In this document: one piece after another, positions 1 to 13,020 of the stretch
Position numbering within the stretch: position 1 is the stretch's first letter
Layout: every line of letters begins with the position of its first letter
Assembly: GCA_028534125.1 (NCBI GenBank)
Contig: CM052821.1
Span: 55,056,001-55,120,000 of the forward strand
DNA: 64,000 nt
From: Lama glama
Lineage: Eukaryota
Direction: 5' to 3'
Made by a program: the position numbers and the translations under genes
Notes under the pieces: model-generated
The model's database searches: none
What the model was told of the DNA's origin: nothing
What the model saw: only the letters and a program-made list of their open reading frames with translations

Positions 1-1490
1 GGCAGGCGGGCGGGACCGCGCGGGCGGGGAGCGCCTGGGGCGGCGTGCCCGCGGGGGCGCGCACGCGGGGCTGCGGGGCGAGGCGCGGGGCCCGGGCGGC
101 GAATCCGCTGCTCGCGCCGCCAGCCCCGCCCGCGCGCGCCGGCCCCCGGAGGAGGGTGCGCGGCGGAGGGGGGAGCCGGGGAGGGGCCGCGCCCGGTCCT
201 CGCCCGCAGCGGGCACGGCCGGGGGCTCCGGGAGGCCTCGTTGGTATTCTGGGCACAGCCGAAGCCCTGACCTCCCCGCGGAACAGGGGCGCCCGGGAGC
301 GCGGCACGGCCGCCGCCCCCGGGCGGTCTCCCCGGGCTGTGGGGCCGTAGGCGCCTTGCTCCCCCCACCCATCCCCTCCTCTCCAGGTCCCCCGTACCCC
401 CTNNNNNNNNNNNNNNNNNNNNNNNNNNNNNNNNNNNNNNNNNNNNNNNNNNNNNNNNNNNNNNNNNNNNNNNNNNNNNNNNNNNNNNNNNNNNNNNNNN
501 NNNNNNNNNNNNNNNNNNNNNNNNNNNNNNNNNNNNNNNNNNNNNNNNNNNNNNNNNNNNNNNNNNNNNNNNNNNNNNNNNNGAAGTCGCCGCGGCGGCT
601 TCGCAGCGGCGGGGGACACACGGGCCAGGCCGCCCTCCGCGCCGCGCTTGCCCTCTCCGCGCCGCTGCTGAATAATTCATGGCGCGGTCGCCGGCCATTA
701 GCATGCACCGGGCGCGCGGCGCGTCTGTGCCCAGCTGCCGCCGCCGCCGCATTCGGCGCCCTGGCCGCGGTAGATGAGCGGCCGCGCGGAGGCCGGGCCC
801 GCGCTGTCCCCGCGCTCGCCCTCCGGTCCGCCTGCCCGGAGGCTCCCATTGTGCCCCGGGCCCGCGCCGCTCGGCCGTCCTGTGACTGCCCGCACCCCGC
901 AGCGCGCCCGACGGCCGGGCGCTGGAAGTTCGGCCCCCGGGCACCCGCCCGCCCGCCCTGGGATGCACGTGAACTTGGAGAAAGTCGCGGGGCGCGCCAG
1001 CGCGGACCTCCGCGGCAGGGCGTGGGCGCCCCCGGCCCGGCGCGCTTTCGTTTTCGTCCCGGACAAAGGTCCTTCGCGTTGCAGGTCACGGACGTGGAGA
1101 CCGTGTACTGCGGGGTACTCTTCGGGGAAGTCCAGTTGTTCAAGACAGGGAAGCCGGAGCCGGGAGGAGAGGAGCAGCGCGGTCCGATGCTCGGTGCGGG
1201 ACCAGGGAAGTGGGGCCTGGCCGTGCGCTTCGCCCGCGCGGTCCCGGAGCTGTCCGGCCCTGTGAAGAGTTGCGGGAGATGGCATCGCTTTGCTCTCTGC
1301 CCTTCCGACGGGTGAAGGAGAGAATCATCCGGAACTCAGGACTCAGACCGAGGGCCTGTGCAGCCGTGGGCACGACAGCGCAGCGCTGGCCGCGTCCGGG
1401 CGGGCGCGTCCCTCCGGCAAGGGCAGAGCAGCCGACCAGCGCGCCAAAGCCTCGGTCGGGTTCAAGTCGACTCTTGGGGACGGTAAGTGG
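1..1490. promoter_or_regulatory. CpG island, probable promoter/first exon
   Basis: Extremely GC- and CpG-dense with GC boxes; E-box CACGTG at 966-971; ends at consensus donor ACG|GTAAGT (1483), after which CpG density falls. Confidence 0.85.
403..582. other. Assembly gap (180 N)
   Basis: Run of N inside the CpG island. Confidence 1.
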
Positions 1491-4184
1491 ATTTCTCACT
1501 TTCGCTACTTAGTGAATATTTAAATACTAATGAAGGGATTTCTAAGAAGACCCCTTCTGTAGGGCAGGCCTTCCACAGACGAGGGGACACGGGAAGGAGG
1601 TTGTTCTTGAACCTGAAGCCGCACCAGCAGCTTGCAAGAACTCCAGGGCCGGCATGAAAATTCTGCAACTTGAAATTTGTGAAATACAGCTTCTGATCTC
1701 AGGTGTGCAGGCCGTTTGCCAGGGAGAATTATGTTGAACACGTAAAACGGCGTCCGCAGGCATCTTAAAAAGAACAGAAAGAAAAGAGCAAGCATCTGTT
1801 TTTAGATTAGATGTTTGGAAGGGTTATTTGGAAGCTACAGTCATTTCTTGAAAAATTGAAATCTTTCATTCATTTCCTAAACCAGCAGCGACTTTTTTTT
1901 CCTGCTGGTCAGGCGTTCATGAAGAGCTGGCTTAGGGCGGCCCTGGGTCAGGCATTGGCCGGATGGGCCGGTGGAGTGAAAGGCCTGTGTGTGGAAGCTG
2001 GTGTTTATGGTGGCATAAAACGAAAAGCAACTCATAACTTTTCATAATAAATCCCCCTTTATAGGTGGCTCACACACAGGCCCAGCCGGCAGCCCTGGGG
2101 AATTTGTGGGGAGCAGAGAGGGGCAGGGGGGAAGGAATGCACGTTTGCCATAATTACGGGGTTTTAAAGTAACACTGAAATTAATTTCTTCAAAGTTGGG
2201 CCTTAGAGGCCAGGGCAGTCTCTGTAGGCCAGCACCACTTTCGTTTTATTTTGGGTTGTCGATTCTAGCTATTGGGGATTTTTAAAATGCAGGTTTGTAC
2301 TTGCATGTACCTATCCCCTTAAAATGAAACCCATAAGTCGGGGGGGAGGTTAAGCCCCCTTTTTAATATTACTGTATCGCAGGTGTGATTTCCCCTTTAC
2401 TCACCTCCATCTGATTGATGTGGTTTGGATAACCTAGCTGGATGCTCTGACCACAAAATAATGGGGGGGCCCTGTTTCCAGACACCCCAGAGCTGTGAGC
2501 TGGCACTTGGAGGCCATGTTTCCGGGAACGTGGACAGAGGCCTGAGTGGCCCAGGCCTGCCTCACGCCTCCCTTTCCCTGGGCTGCCTGGTGTCTAGATC
2601 TGAGGGGAGAACCATTTCAATAAGGTCTTGCCCACCTGGCACCGAGGCTGAAAGTTTGCTTTGTACTGCAGAGCTGTCTTCGCCATCTTTTTCGCTAGGC
2701 CGTCATACGCCCCCAGTCCCCCGTTTTGAATTTGTATTTATGACTTTTGTCAGAGGCAGTTGGCAGACATGAAACCTGGGGTGGGACATTCAGGAGTGAT
2801 CTTAGAAACCGGGGGGCGCAGCTGCCAAGGCGTGCCACTCCAGCCTGGAGCCGCTGTTCGCCTGGCGTTGGCGGTGATGGGTTTCCTAATTATAAAAATG
2901 CCCAAGTTCCATCAAGCCTTGTCTGTAAAATGCGGGAGACACCTTCCCAGGTCCACAGATGACCTGTAGCATGCTGCATGGGGCGCAGGGTGGTGTGGCA
3001 TTATCCTTGGGCTGTTGGGTAACCCCCGGGATTAAAACAGACCCTGAAACAAGGGGCATCAGTTGCTCCCTCTCCACAGGCCTATGGGCCAGACACTGGG
3101 AGCAGGGAAGGGCCTGAGCATCTGAGGAAGCCCCCCTAGGGCCACCTGGAGGGGGGTGCTAGTCATCAAAGCTCTGGAGGCCCACCTCCTGCCCCAAGGG
3201 TGCCCCTGGCACAGGGGACATGATAGGGCTGAGAGTCCATGGCAGACAGTGGGCCCTGCCCACAGGCAGAGGCCCTGCCTTTGTCCTTGTCCTTAGAGCC
3301 AGCCCATTTCCACTGGAGACTCCCCATGGAGACTCGGGTCCTACTAGGGTTGTCTTCCTGCATTGGGATGTCTCATCTGGGCAAAATTTATTTTTGAGGA
3401 CACGCACATGAGAGACGAGGTTCTGAAAATGAAACTGGCACCTGTCTGTTTTTTATCACTCTGGATTTAATAGGAAGAATGTGTTAAGTGGGGGCCAGGG
3501 CCTTATGGACCGTGGCGGGCTGGCGGGAGGATGGCCCTGGTGTTCCTGTTTTCTGTTTTAAACCAGAACCAACCCCAGGGAGGGCCCTGGCCTGTACTGA
3601 GGCTTCACCATGCCCACCCTCTGGCCACTGGAGGCCCCAGGTCCCAGCCTCGGCGTCTCCGGGATGCTGGGGAGGCCAGCAGCTCAGCGCAGGCCGTCTG
3701 TGGTGATGAGGCCCCCACCGTGCCCGGGTCTATATGCTGCCTGAACACGTGCAGATGGCATTTTGCTTCGCTCAGAGGGAACAGCAGGGAGTTCTGCGGC
3801 CAGGTTCCCTTGAGTACCTGTGGTTTGCACCTCGCTGGGGCCGATCTCACGGGCTTGCATCCTCAGATGGGCGCTGGGGCCTGCTTCACACTGGTGTGGC
3901 AGGCAGCCTGTGGGGCCAGGGGAGGGGTAAAGGGCTTTGCCCACCCTGACGGGCACCCTGCGTGGGTGGGTGCTCCTTGGTGTCCAGGGAAATGGACATG
4001 TGCCCCCAGGGAGGGGCAGTGCTCAGGAAGGAGAGGAGGCCCCACAGGCCAGGCAGGCAGACATTTTAAAACCATCACACTTGGCTGATGTTGGGCTGGG
4101 AGGGTGTATTTGCATGTTTGGGGAGGATAGAGACTACCCTTGCAGAATTCCCATAAAGCCAGGGTGTCCTAGCTCACATCTGGC

Positions 4185-4400
4185 GGCTCCGATCCAGTCC
4201 CTGCCCCTAGCTTGCCATGTGGCCTTGGACAAGGCACATTACCTCCCTGGAGTGTACCCCAGGCTCTAGAGCAGGAATCATAATTCCGACCTCAGAGGGC
4301 CATTGGGAAGGTTCAGACGACGTTAATTCCACAAACCATGGTTCCTGGCACGTGGCGGGGACGCCGTAAATGGCTGTCACTGTAATTGTTTTTGTTGTAA
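4185..4400 (+). mobile_element. MIR SINE (degenerate)
   Basis: tgtggccttggacaaggcacattacctccctg...acctcagaggg...cctggcacgtgg...gtaaatggctg. Confidence 0.65.
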
Positions 4401-7400
4401 ATGGTAATCGCCATTTTTATTGCTAATTATTATTATATTTTAAAGTTTTTAAGAAACAGAGAGCCCAGTTTTGGTTTCACTAGACAGGACACCTGGGAGT
4501 TAACCTCCTCCTCCTTCCTCCACCCAGGTGGTAGCGAAAGTGAACCTTGGTATTTTCAAGGCAGATTGTCAGGAGCTTGCAAAGCCTGGGCCTTCCTTGT
4601 CACTTGGCTGAGAAGCGCTGGGTCCCCTTGGGGTCCCAGGACATGCTCATGGAGGAGAAACACCTTTTAGAAATGGGCCCTCCCCTAGAATGGCACTTGA
4701 GCTCACCTGGGTGCTGGCCCCTGGGAGTCTGACCAGGGAAAGACCAGGGCTTGGGGGTCCAGAGTGGCCACGCCAGCCACGGTGTCCTTGTCCGCAACGC
4801 GGGTGGCAGTTTGGTGGGAGGAATTTTCACCACTCTGACAAGCTAATTGTTTTTTTGGCCCCATACAAGCGTGCGTTTACCAAAACGCTTGCTTTGGGAG
4901 AATTTTATCTCTTAGCTGATCATCCAGGAAGACTCAGCAAGATTGCCCTTTCTCAAAACATCTTGTTGGAACAAGAAAGAACCCCAGATGGCATTGGCCA
5001 TGCCTTCTGATGTTATGGAGCCGAGGAGGGAGAAAAAGCAACAATTGTCTCTGAGCAAAGACAATGGACCTTTTATATGAAATATTTATTTTCGGGGCCG
5101 ACCAGTGTCCCGTTGGCTGGGACCGCAGATCACCAGTGTCTGGGCATCCCGGGCCCTGAGGACTCGGTCAGGGACGAGATTTACAGAAAAGGAAAAAAGA
5201 AAGTCCCCTGACCTGCGGTTCTTGGGAGATTTCGGTGGCAATGTCTGGCTTTCTTTATCGAGTGGAGTTTAAACTTTCGCGAGTTTATTTTTTCTTCCTC
5301 TGTGACTTCTTTTGAAGGGCCGCAGGGGCGTGTTGGCAAGCACCGTAAACGTAGCCGGGCTTCAGATCGTGGGTTGCGCGGGCCCCCCCTCCGGCCAGGC
5401 CCAGTCGGCCTTTGTCTGCTGGAGGGTCGCAGAATGGAGGTGAGGGAAACTGGGACTAAGAGGAAGGGTCTGTCCCCAGGGCGTCGAGGGGAAGCCACAA
5501 GAGCAAATTCAGATAGTATTTGTAGTTCTCTGGTGTCCTTTACTCCTCCCCAAAACCCCTTCTTCCGTGAACTTGGGTTTGGCCAGCAGGTTATCAGAGA
5601 ATCTGGTCTGGCTTGGCAGTGCCTCACATAGGCCCTCAAACACCGACGTCCCCGGCTGGGCAAACTGGGCCCAGATTTCACGCTGGATGGACGTTTTCTG
5701 AACTGATAGAATGAGCAGAATTTTACTCCAAGGCCTCCTCGCTAGCCAGCTCCCTCTTCCCCGCTCTGCAGCTGCGGGCAGTGCCGGAGCTGCCGACCCC
5801 ACGTCTTCCTCCTCCAGTCCCAGATGTGGCGCAGCCGGCAAGGCACCCTGGGAAGCCAGGCCCGGATCCCAGGCTCACGCCAGGAACCCCGGGAGGAACT
5901 GATCAGGCTGGGCTTGCAATGGGAACATCAGGGAACCAGTCCCAGTGTTGGGAGAACGTTGGGAAGGCCGTGGTGGACAGTTGGCCCCAGACGCCCACCA
6001 ATGTCTGGCTGGTGGAGGACAGAGGAGGGAGTGGCCCTGATCAGGGTGGGTGATAAGGGACCCCTCCCTGCCAAGCCTCCCCTTTATCCAAAAGACTTTT
6101 GGCAAATTGTAATACCTGACTTGCAAAGGTTTTGTTTTTAAAATTGCTGTTGCATTGTTTTTTTTTTAATCCTGGAACCTCTTAGCTGTGGTCTGTTTCA
6201 CCTTCTGCATTAACTGCCCCCCCAAATGCTATGAAGAGAGCCCTGTTTGCGGGGAGTGGGGTAACCATGACAGCCTCCGAGTCCACGCGTAGAATGAGTA
6301 AAATTGAAATGGAAAAGACCGAAATCTCACATCATGAGGCAGAACTATCCTAAAACATAAGCTTTTATTTACTTTTTTTTTTTTTTTTGGAGAGGGGTTT
6401 CAAAAGTAAAATGCCGCACAGTCTTACTGTGACATTTTGGATGGGAAACGTGTGTTTGAGTCCGGATTCAGGAGTCTTGCCTTTAGGGACAGCGGCTCAG
6501 AACCGCGTGGATGTATAAATCGAGCGCCTCAGCAAACGGAAGGGCTCACTGTTTAACCAGCGCCTGAGAGGTTTTCCGAGCAGTGGTGTTACCAGTAGAG
6601 GCGTTGGTTACTGTCGCCAAATGAGATTGGTAGTTGTGGTTGGAAAAGGTGTGCATGGGACGTACAAAGGAAGTGCCAAATTTTCTTTTCTTCCTTTTTT
6701 TTAGGAGTGACAGAATTTTCCCTTAAGATAAAAAAAGAGTGTTGTCCCGATGCTTTTGGTTTCTAACGCCAGGGCTGGGTTCTTCTGTGAATTGCCTTTC
6801 CTTAATTCTAAGATTGCAGATGGTAGGAAGAGCATTTAGCTGAAATATTTACCTGCTGATTCCTGGCTCTTAAATCTAGATTCGCCTTTCATGTGTTTAA
6901 GAGCGATATTTACATTCAAATCAGCCTTTTATAATTACATTTTAAATTATAATGAAATGATGGGGCCGGGATTCAGTCTTCCATGGGTTTAAACAGTAAG
7001 ACACCAGCCTAGTCTAGGCTCCCGAGCAGGCATGAGCAGGCATCCGACATGCAGATACTGGCCTGCAGGGCCCCTTGGGTGTCCTGAGCATGCCAGGGTC
7101 CGTGCGTGTTACCTGCAGGGCCCTCCCTGCCCTGCCTGGAGGAGAAGGGCTCGTGGATGGAGATTCTGGCCCCGGCACAGTGGCGATGCTGCCGAACATG
7201 ACAGGACACCGTTCATTCTATCTGAGAAGGGCCTGGTTGAGGCCTGGCTGCCCCGCCGCCCTGGCTGATGTGTTGTATCCCCAGCCCCACGCCCGCCCTC
7301 AGGCTGGGGGTGGAGGGCACTCTCTCCTGGGCAGCCAGCTGGGCACAGCAGCGGCCACTTCTGGTGGTGATGATACTGGGGGGGCATGCCCACCTCCTCC

Positions 7401-8479
7401 TGCAGCTGTAACTCAGCTTCTGCCTCATCTCCCCTGTCAGGGTGGCCCCCAAATGGCTCCGCAGTTTTCAGTGGCTTCCCCTACAGAGCATGGGGGACCC
7501 TCTCCTCCCGGGGCCGGGCTGTTGGCAGCTGGGCCAAGCTGTTCCTGGAATTGAATTCCCGGTGTTCCTGGTCGGGCGCGTGGCATCGGAATCCTACCTG
7601 CTTTGTCTCTGGCATCAGCTGGAGAGCTAGTCACATGGCCGTGTGCGTGAGACCGGAGCCGAGGACAGAGGGCTCCTCCCGGGTGCTTCCTTCCCGCTCA
7701 CTCACTCCCCCCGCCCCCTTCGCTTTGGTCATGGCGGTCTCTGAGCAGGCATAAAGCAGTATTCAAGTAAAACGTGCTCCAGGCAGTGGGGGAGCTCCCA
7801 TCCATGGATGCGGAGGTGTCCAGGTACCCCAATACCTCCAATCATTACAGACAGGAAGGACCATGAGCCGGGGCCCGTGTGTGAACTCTGGCCGTGGTGG
7901 CCCAGCCTTGGTCACTCCATGCCATCTCTTCTACTCCCAGAGCTGGCCCTGCCTGCCCGGGGGCCCTGCCCACATTCACACCCTTGTGGCTCACCCTGCA
8001 CAGGTCAGTGGTCATCGCCTCAGCTCCTGGCCACAGAAAACGCCGAAGGAAAGACCTGGGCAAACAGGTTGGCCGTGTGGCCGTGGCTCAGTGCCCTCAG
8101 GAAAAGGCCGGGAGTCTGATAAATCTCCAACTAAAAATGCCCACGTTGAACCTCAAGGCCACTGACCCAGGTCAGAGGGCTGGAGCTCCCGTCCAGCACA
8201 GGTCACCGTTCCTCCCCGTGGTGGGGATTTGCCATGGTGAAACTGGTGGATCTGTGATGACTGGAAGGGGTGTGGTGACCTGCCTGGAGCCTGAACTGAA
8301 GTCCTTGCCACGGCCTGGCTGTGTGCATTTTTCATTGTGTCATCACAGCAGCCCCAAGCGGTAGGAGCCGTGATCCCTATGGATGGGGAAACTGTAGACA
8401 GATGGGGAAACTGAGGCTGGGTTGGGTGGCGTGGCTTGCTGAGGGTTGGGTGGCTGGTCAGACACAGGGCTGGGTTCCA

Positions 8480-9360
8480 AGGGGCGGCCCGGCTCTCAGC
8501 CTGAATGGTACGGCCTCCTGAGGTGTCGGCTAGAGTGGGCTTGCGCTGGGGGCCGGGACCAGTGAGGTGGGGGCCCTCGGCCCTGGGGTGCTGGCCGCTG
8601 CCTGCCCCTCGGGCGGGCGCAGCGTGGGAACAATGTGGCCTCTATCCCGGGAGCAGCCCGGCCAGGCAGGCCGCCTGCAACATGGCGCCCAGGGCCGCGC
8701 CGCCTGTCCACGGGGAGGGCTGGCGCCTGGGCCCGGCCCGGCTCCCGGCGTCCTCCTCGGGCTGGCCGCTGAGTGGCCAGACGCTCCTGCTGCCTCGTCC
8801 CTCCCACTCGGCCGCCCCCCTCCCCGGTGGTGGGTTTGGGGGTCCGGCCCACCCGCCTCTGCCACGTCTGCCATCCTCCCGGCACCCATGAGCATCTTTC
8901 AAAAATTCCCGGTGGGCGGGGCCGAGCCGCAGCGGCCGCCTCTGGCCCCCCCTCCCCGGGCAGCCAGTGCCAGATGAGAGCAGGAGACAAAAGTAGCATT
9001 TTCCTCGTCCTCCTGGGCTGGCAGCAGGGCCTCCCCAGCGCCACTTGGCTCCTGGCAGCCCTGCCTCCGGGTACCGGGGTGGCCGAGGCCCAGGCCGCGC
9101 CGGCCAGGACCCAGGGACTGGCGGCCGGTGGTGGCCACAGATCAGGCGCCCGAGGGCCTGTCGGACGGGGGCTGGCACCTGGGGACGGCCTGCTGGCCAG
9201 CGGGACCTGCCCTCCTCTGCTTGCGCCGGTGACCAGCCGGGCGAGGGACCCGGTTTTCACTGCCTTGCTTTTGCGGAGCTCCCCATCCTCCTGCGCCCGG
9301 GGTAAGTCTCCTTCTTCCCGTCTCTCATGCTGGAGACGAGCCGGGGGCTCTGCCATCTTG
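8480..9360. promoter_or_regulatory. Second CpG-rich island, candidate alternative promoter/first exon
   Basis: High CpG and GC content; consensus donor GGG|GTAAGT at 9302; YY1-like GCCATCTTG at 9352-9360; abrupt switch to AT-rich DNA afterwards. Confidence 0.6.
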
Positions 9361-12300
9361 TACTCATGCCTGTTACGTGTCCTCCCCTCTAACTGGTTCC
9401 CTGAAATTCAAAATTCCATTTCAGACCCCCCACCCCCACAGCTTCCGTGAAATAAGTCCTTGCAAAAACTGCAGGGGAAAGGCAGACGCCAACCCCATTT
9501 ATTTTTAAGATCCAAAGCGACAGGCTTTCGAGATCACAATAAAAATGAATGTTTGTTATTTCACAGTAGCTGCATGTCCAATTATAATTTGAACGAATGT
9601 TTCGGGAGGTATTAATAAGCACGGCCTACTCTTTCATGCTCGGTTGTGTCGGGGTTTTTTGTGGCGGTCTCATTATTACTATTATTATTAATTATTATTT
9701 TAATTTTTGATAGTGCCAGGAGTGGCAAAGCGAAAAGCATCAGAAACGTGCACGCTCCTCCCAGCAAACTCTGGCCGGCAGGGCCAGGCTGGCACACGGG
9801 AGGGTGAATTCTGCTTTGAGAAACAGAGGTCCTTTCATTTTGTCCGGCATCTTTAATGCTGCCGTGTCCACAGTTTAGCGATCCAGTTCTTTCTCCCTTT
9901 CATTTCATTTTATTTTGGGGGGAGGGAGAAAAGGAGGCTCTTTTTGGCTCTCAGCTTAGCGTGGGGGAAATATTTTAGGTTGTTTTGGCCTTTGTTTTTT
10001 TAAGCACTTATTTAATCTGAGGGGTTCCAGCTAACATTGTTGGGCCTGGTTCATAACCGCCCTGCCCACAGACAGCTCACAGGGTGCACGTGGGCACGTC
10101 CACCAGACTGACCCTCGGGGGCCCTGAGTGGTCCCAGGGCCTGCCTGTGCCCTGATCCGGTCCTGGTTTCCCATCTGCAGAGCTGTGGCCCGAGACATTC
10201 TGACCATCCAGGGCCTGAGCTGTGGCCCAGGGGGCAGGGAGTGAGTCCCTTGAAGACCTTTGAGTCCCCGGGCCACGCTGCCACTGCTGCCCGGGAGCTG
10301 GATTCCGGGGCTCCCCGAGTTTCTCTGTTGGTCCCTGAACCTTTTCATTTAAAAGGTGGGCTTTGCAGCGTTCATCTCGGGGCTCACCTTCGTCCCCTGG
10401 CAGCCTGACAAAAGCACCCGCAGATGCAGCCTGGTTTCCCCACATTTAAGGGTAGCCAGGGTTTTGATTTATGGAAAATGGAAAACTGGGCCCAGAAAGT
10501 TCTAAATTGCAACCCAGAGGAAAATTCCCAAGTAAGTACCTTTTTGTTTTCCTGACGGAGAGGCATCTGGGTCCTGTTTGTGCAGGCCTGAGCAGCCGGC
10601 CGGAGCAGACACCACCAAATACTGAAACTGAGCTCGGCACCCACAGGAGTATCCACAGCTGCTTTTGTCCTGAGATGGGACGGCAGTTGGTACTGGAAGA
10701 TTTGGGGTTCCAGAGACAGGGGTATGTAAGCAGAGACGATTAGAACATCTTCGTGACTGTGACAGCCACATTCTGCTGCTGTAAGCTGGGGGGTCTTTCC
10801 ACCCGAATATTTAGCAAGCACCAAATAAAACCCTGGTGACGAAGTAAAAGTACTAGGAAGAAAAGAGTGTACTAGATTCTAAAGGCTCAGAAGAGTCAAG
10901 AGTGTAGAGAGACTGACTGGTGGGAGAGTGGGGAGGAGGGTGGTCATTTTTAAAGGATTTTTACCTTTACTAGCTGCCCACTTATCTTTTAAAAAAATTT
11001 TTGGTGTAATCAATGTAGATGAACAGGCCTTTAATCCTAAATCCTGGAATGATGGGTAGTCAAATTTCCTGAGCATTAATTCTTTTTTGGACAAGGTAGG
11101 GGCAAGTAGCATGAGATAATTAATTTCCAATAAATGAGCATTTTCATTCTAAATTAGTATTTTCCACCGAGATTATGCTCCTCTAGTGGTTTAATGTATA
11201 CAGATAACACATTTTCCAGCGTGCACCTTACGTAGCTGGAATAGCTTAATGTGATTAGTTATCATCTTAGTTTTTTAAACTTGGGTAATAATATTTTATG
11301 TCCCCCAAATCGGTAAAATTCCACAGAAGCTTTTTTTTTTAATCAGGCAGAAAATATCAGCATTCTCCATGGCAGCCAGCACTTCTCAGCAATATTTTTT
11401 TTTTTAAAGAAAGTACCACACATAGCAGTTTTCACATCATTGCTTCTATATAAATTCCACTATAGACTGAAATTATACATCCTCACAGCACAGATGGGCT
11501 GGTCTGTCATTATGACTGCCGGGTCCTTGTTGGAACACATAGCATATTTCAATTGTGGAGTCGACAATTTCGAAGAACTGAGGTCAAAATAAACAAGTTG
11601 CATTTACGTATAAAAACAGTCTTATTAAGTGATCTTCTGATCTCCTCAAATATTTGGTAGAGGAACAACCATCACCTTCATTAAAATTTAATTTAAAATT
11701 GGAGCTTCACCTGCACCTCACAGGACTCCAAATGCCCGATGTCAAAGGGCCTTAAATGTTTTAATTAATTACGAATTTTATCTTGTTTTGCATCATGAAC
11801 AGCATTACACTAGATTTACATTAAAAATTACAGGGTTTAGGACTTTTGATTTGAATATTGTCTTAATCTCTGTAGGGAAGACATGAACTCTTTCACTGTT
11901 CTATATGGACTTACAAAAATTTTTTCAAGATGTTTTTGAAAAATCAGATGATAAATATTTTGCATGGTCTAAAGGTATGTGTAAATCCAAACTTAAAAAA
12001 AAAATTCAACAGGTAAACTGCAAAGTGTAGCTATAAACTTAAAAAAAAATTATCTTGCCGAGATAACAAAGTGCAAAATTTATTGGTCCATATCAACGCA
12101 CATGAGGGCAGAGTGGTTTTACAGCCACAGTAATTTGCAAATGATGATAACTGTTTATTTTGTGAATTTGCTCACATCATGATGTAATCGGTTCTGAGGG
12201 TTCTTTTCCCGCCCCCTCCTTATTTTGAAGGGTTCGCGTCGGCGTGTCTGAATTCTGGATTCAGGCTCCGCCGCCCTCAGCCTCCGAGGCCGTCCCTGGC

Positions 12301-12864
12301 TGGGGCAGCAGCCCCAGAGTCAGCCGCGCTGAGTGGGAGAAGGGTGCTTCCCTCTGCATGTCTTGAGTGCTCCCGACACCCTCCCGTCTGTCAGTAGCAG
12401 TGCTTTGTTGTGGCTTGTTTATTTTAAGGAAGCTACCTGTTGGTGGAGACGTTGGGGGAATAATAGGAAAAGTGAAACGTGGATGAAATTTGCCCAAGAC
12501 GTTTGGCAGCTGCTTTCTGTAGTGGCTCTGCTCTCGGATTTTTTAACCACGTCATCCTTTCTGGATTAGTTCTTGGGCGTGCGTCTCCACATTAGAACTA
12601 TATCGATTAGCAGCCCTGTGAATATGGCTCTGGTCTGGGGCTCTCAAAGATCAGGCAAATGAAGCTGCCCAGCCCTCCCAAGCCAGGGTCTCAGAATACC
12701 GGTGGTCACAGTAACCATGCCATGGTGATGGCAGTTAGGACGGTACGCGCACTGTGTGCAGCGCACCATGCCAGGCTCCCTCCACATTTGGAAGAGGAGG
12801 ATGAAGGAGAGGGTGAGCTCCAGAACTCATGGCCTGGGTGTAAATGGAAGTGTTTTAATTTACT

Positions 12865-13020
12865 GGCAGTGCTGATCAAGGGCAAGTCATTTCACCTTTC
12901 TGTGTCTCAGTTTCCTCATCTGTAAAATGGGGACAGTAAGTGTCCCTGCTTTGTAATAATACATGTAAAGCACTTGGCACAGCATTTCATCTATAGCGAG
13001 CACCCCATAAATGCTATTAA
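12865..13020 (+). mobile_element. MIR SINE
   Basis: Core gggcaagtcatttcacctttctgtgtctcagtttcctcatctgtaaaatgggga, then ataatacatgtaaagcacttggcacag. Confidence 0.9.

Noticed and set aside
45-1315. ORFs in the first CpG island (possible PRR34-like)
   Set aside because: They span an N gap, have GC-driven composition, and show no recognisable homology.
12141-12197. C/D box snoRNA (ATGATGA ... CTGA)
   Set aside because: Only 57 nt between box ends, no terminal stem, a very short D guide, and no rRNA complement I can recognise. snoscan or Rfam would settle it.
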